Source of the DNA: Marsupella aquatica
Taxonomy: Eukaryota > Plantae > Marchantiophyta
Length of the DNA: 64,000 nucleotides
Direction: 5' to 3'
Assembly: GCA_973895155.1 (NCBI GenBank)
Contig: OZ316897.1
Location: 11,121,832-11,185,831 of the forward strand
Part shown: positions 63,401 to 64,000 of the stretch, one piece after another
How the letters are laid out: each line of letters begins with the position of its first letter
Numbering within the stretch: the first letter of the stretch is position 1
Translations under genes and position numbers: made by a program
Notes under the pieces: generated by a model
Databases searched by the model: none
Told to the model about the DNA's origin: nothing
Seen by the model: only the letters and a program-made list of their open reading frames with translations

Positions 63401-64000
63401 TTTCTCCAAATGAGACGTGAGGGCTTCCAACCAGATGCATTCACTTACTCTAGTATTCTCAATGCATTTGCCAGTGAGGGGGCTTTGGAATGGGTGAAGG
63501 AAGTTCATGGCCACGCTAGCAAGGCGGGACTGGAGACAGATTTGCGTGTAGGCAATGCACTGGTTCACATGTATGCGCAGAATGGCATCATAGACGACGC
63601 CCGACTGGTTTTTGACAGAATGAACAGACGCGATGTAGTCACATGGAATGTAATGATCGGTGGACTTGCACAACAGGGATGTGGGAATGAAGCATATCAA
63701 CTGTTTCTCCAGATGCGACGGGAAGGCTTCGAACCAGATGCAATCACGTACATGAGCATCCTGGATGCATCTGCAAGTGCGGGGGCTTTGGAGTGGGTGA
63801 AGGAGGTTCACGGCCATGCTAGAAAAGTAGGACTGGAATCAGATTTGCGTGTGGGCAGTGCACTAGTTCACATGTATGCAGAGAGTGGCTGTATAGACGA
63901 CGCCCGTCTTGTTTTTGACAGAATGGAGAAACGCGATGTAGTTACATGGAATGTAATGATCGGTGGACTTGCACAACATGGATGTGGGAATGAAGCCCTG
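60470..64000 (+). CDS. PLS-class pentatricopeptide repeat protein (organellar RNA editing/splicing factor; resembles moss PPR_43-type repeats), 3'-incomplete
   Basis: An open frame from 62264 to the window end carries L-S-P triplets (LRVGNALVHMYAKSGSIDDAR / VVTWNVMIGGLAQHG / ALEWVKEVHGHA). Proposed upstream exons 60470-60727, 60892-60979, 61149-61231 and 61324-61391 join 62383 in frame and give a transit-like N-terminus; these exons are less certain. E/DYW domains would lie beyond the window. Confidence 0.9.

Noticed and set aside
62401-63817. Minus-strand ORFs with repeated units (e.g. 63233-63817)
   Set aside because: They are antisense shadows of the PPR repeats; the same applies to plus-strand ORFs over AsnRS and MOSC.

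Overview
Eukaryotic nuclear DNA from an early-diverging land plant, most likely a bryophyte (inferred from GT-AG introns, a moss-style PLS-class PPR gene and TTTAGGG telo-box repeats). Nine intron-containing protein genes can be reconstructed by hand: HOP2 (+), a MOSC/mARC molybdo-protein (-), two tandem 13-exon MFS transporter paralogs (-), DHHC S-acyltransferase PAT11 (+), a DUF4336 protein (+), EMC5/MMgT (-), organellar asparaginyl-tRNA synthetase (-) and a PLS-class PPR gene that runs off the right edge (+). Intergenic space is mostly decayed mobile DNA: RLE-endonuclease (CRE/R2-like) non-LTR fragments, Helitron remnants and mini-Helitrons, two copia-type solo LTRs, several MITE/foldback elements with readable target-site duplications, and tandem repeats. 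I see no solid evidence for a wholly new biological system. The best leads are: an intact ancestral C-terminal tail behind the TAG stop of one MFS paralog; recently amplified PLS triplets and three tandem in-frame splice donors in the PPR gene; an RLE-type retrotransposon family; and TIR elements with non-canonical C(C/T)CGG termini or a 4-bp TSD. All exon models and family calls come from manual reading and recalled protein motifs; no search was run.
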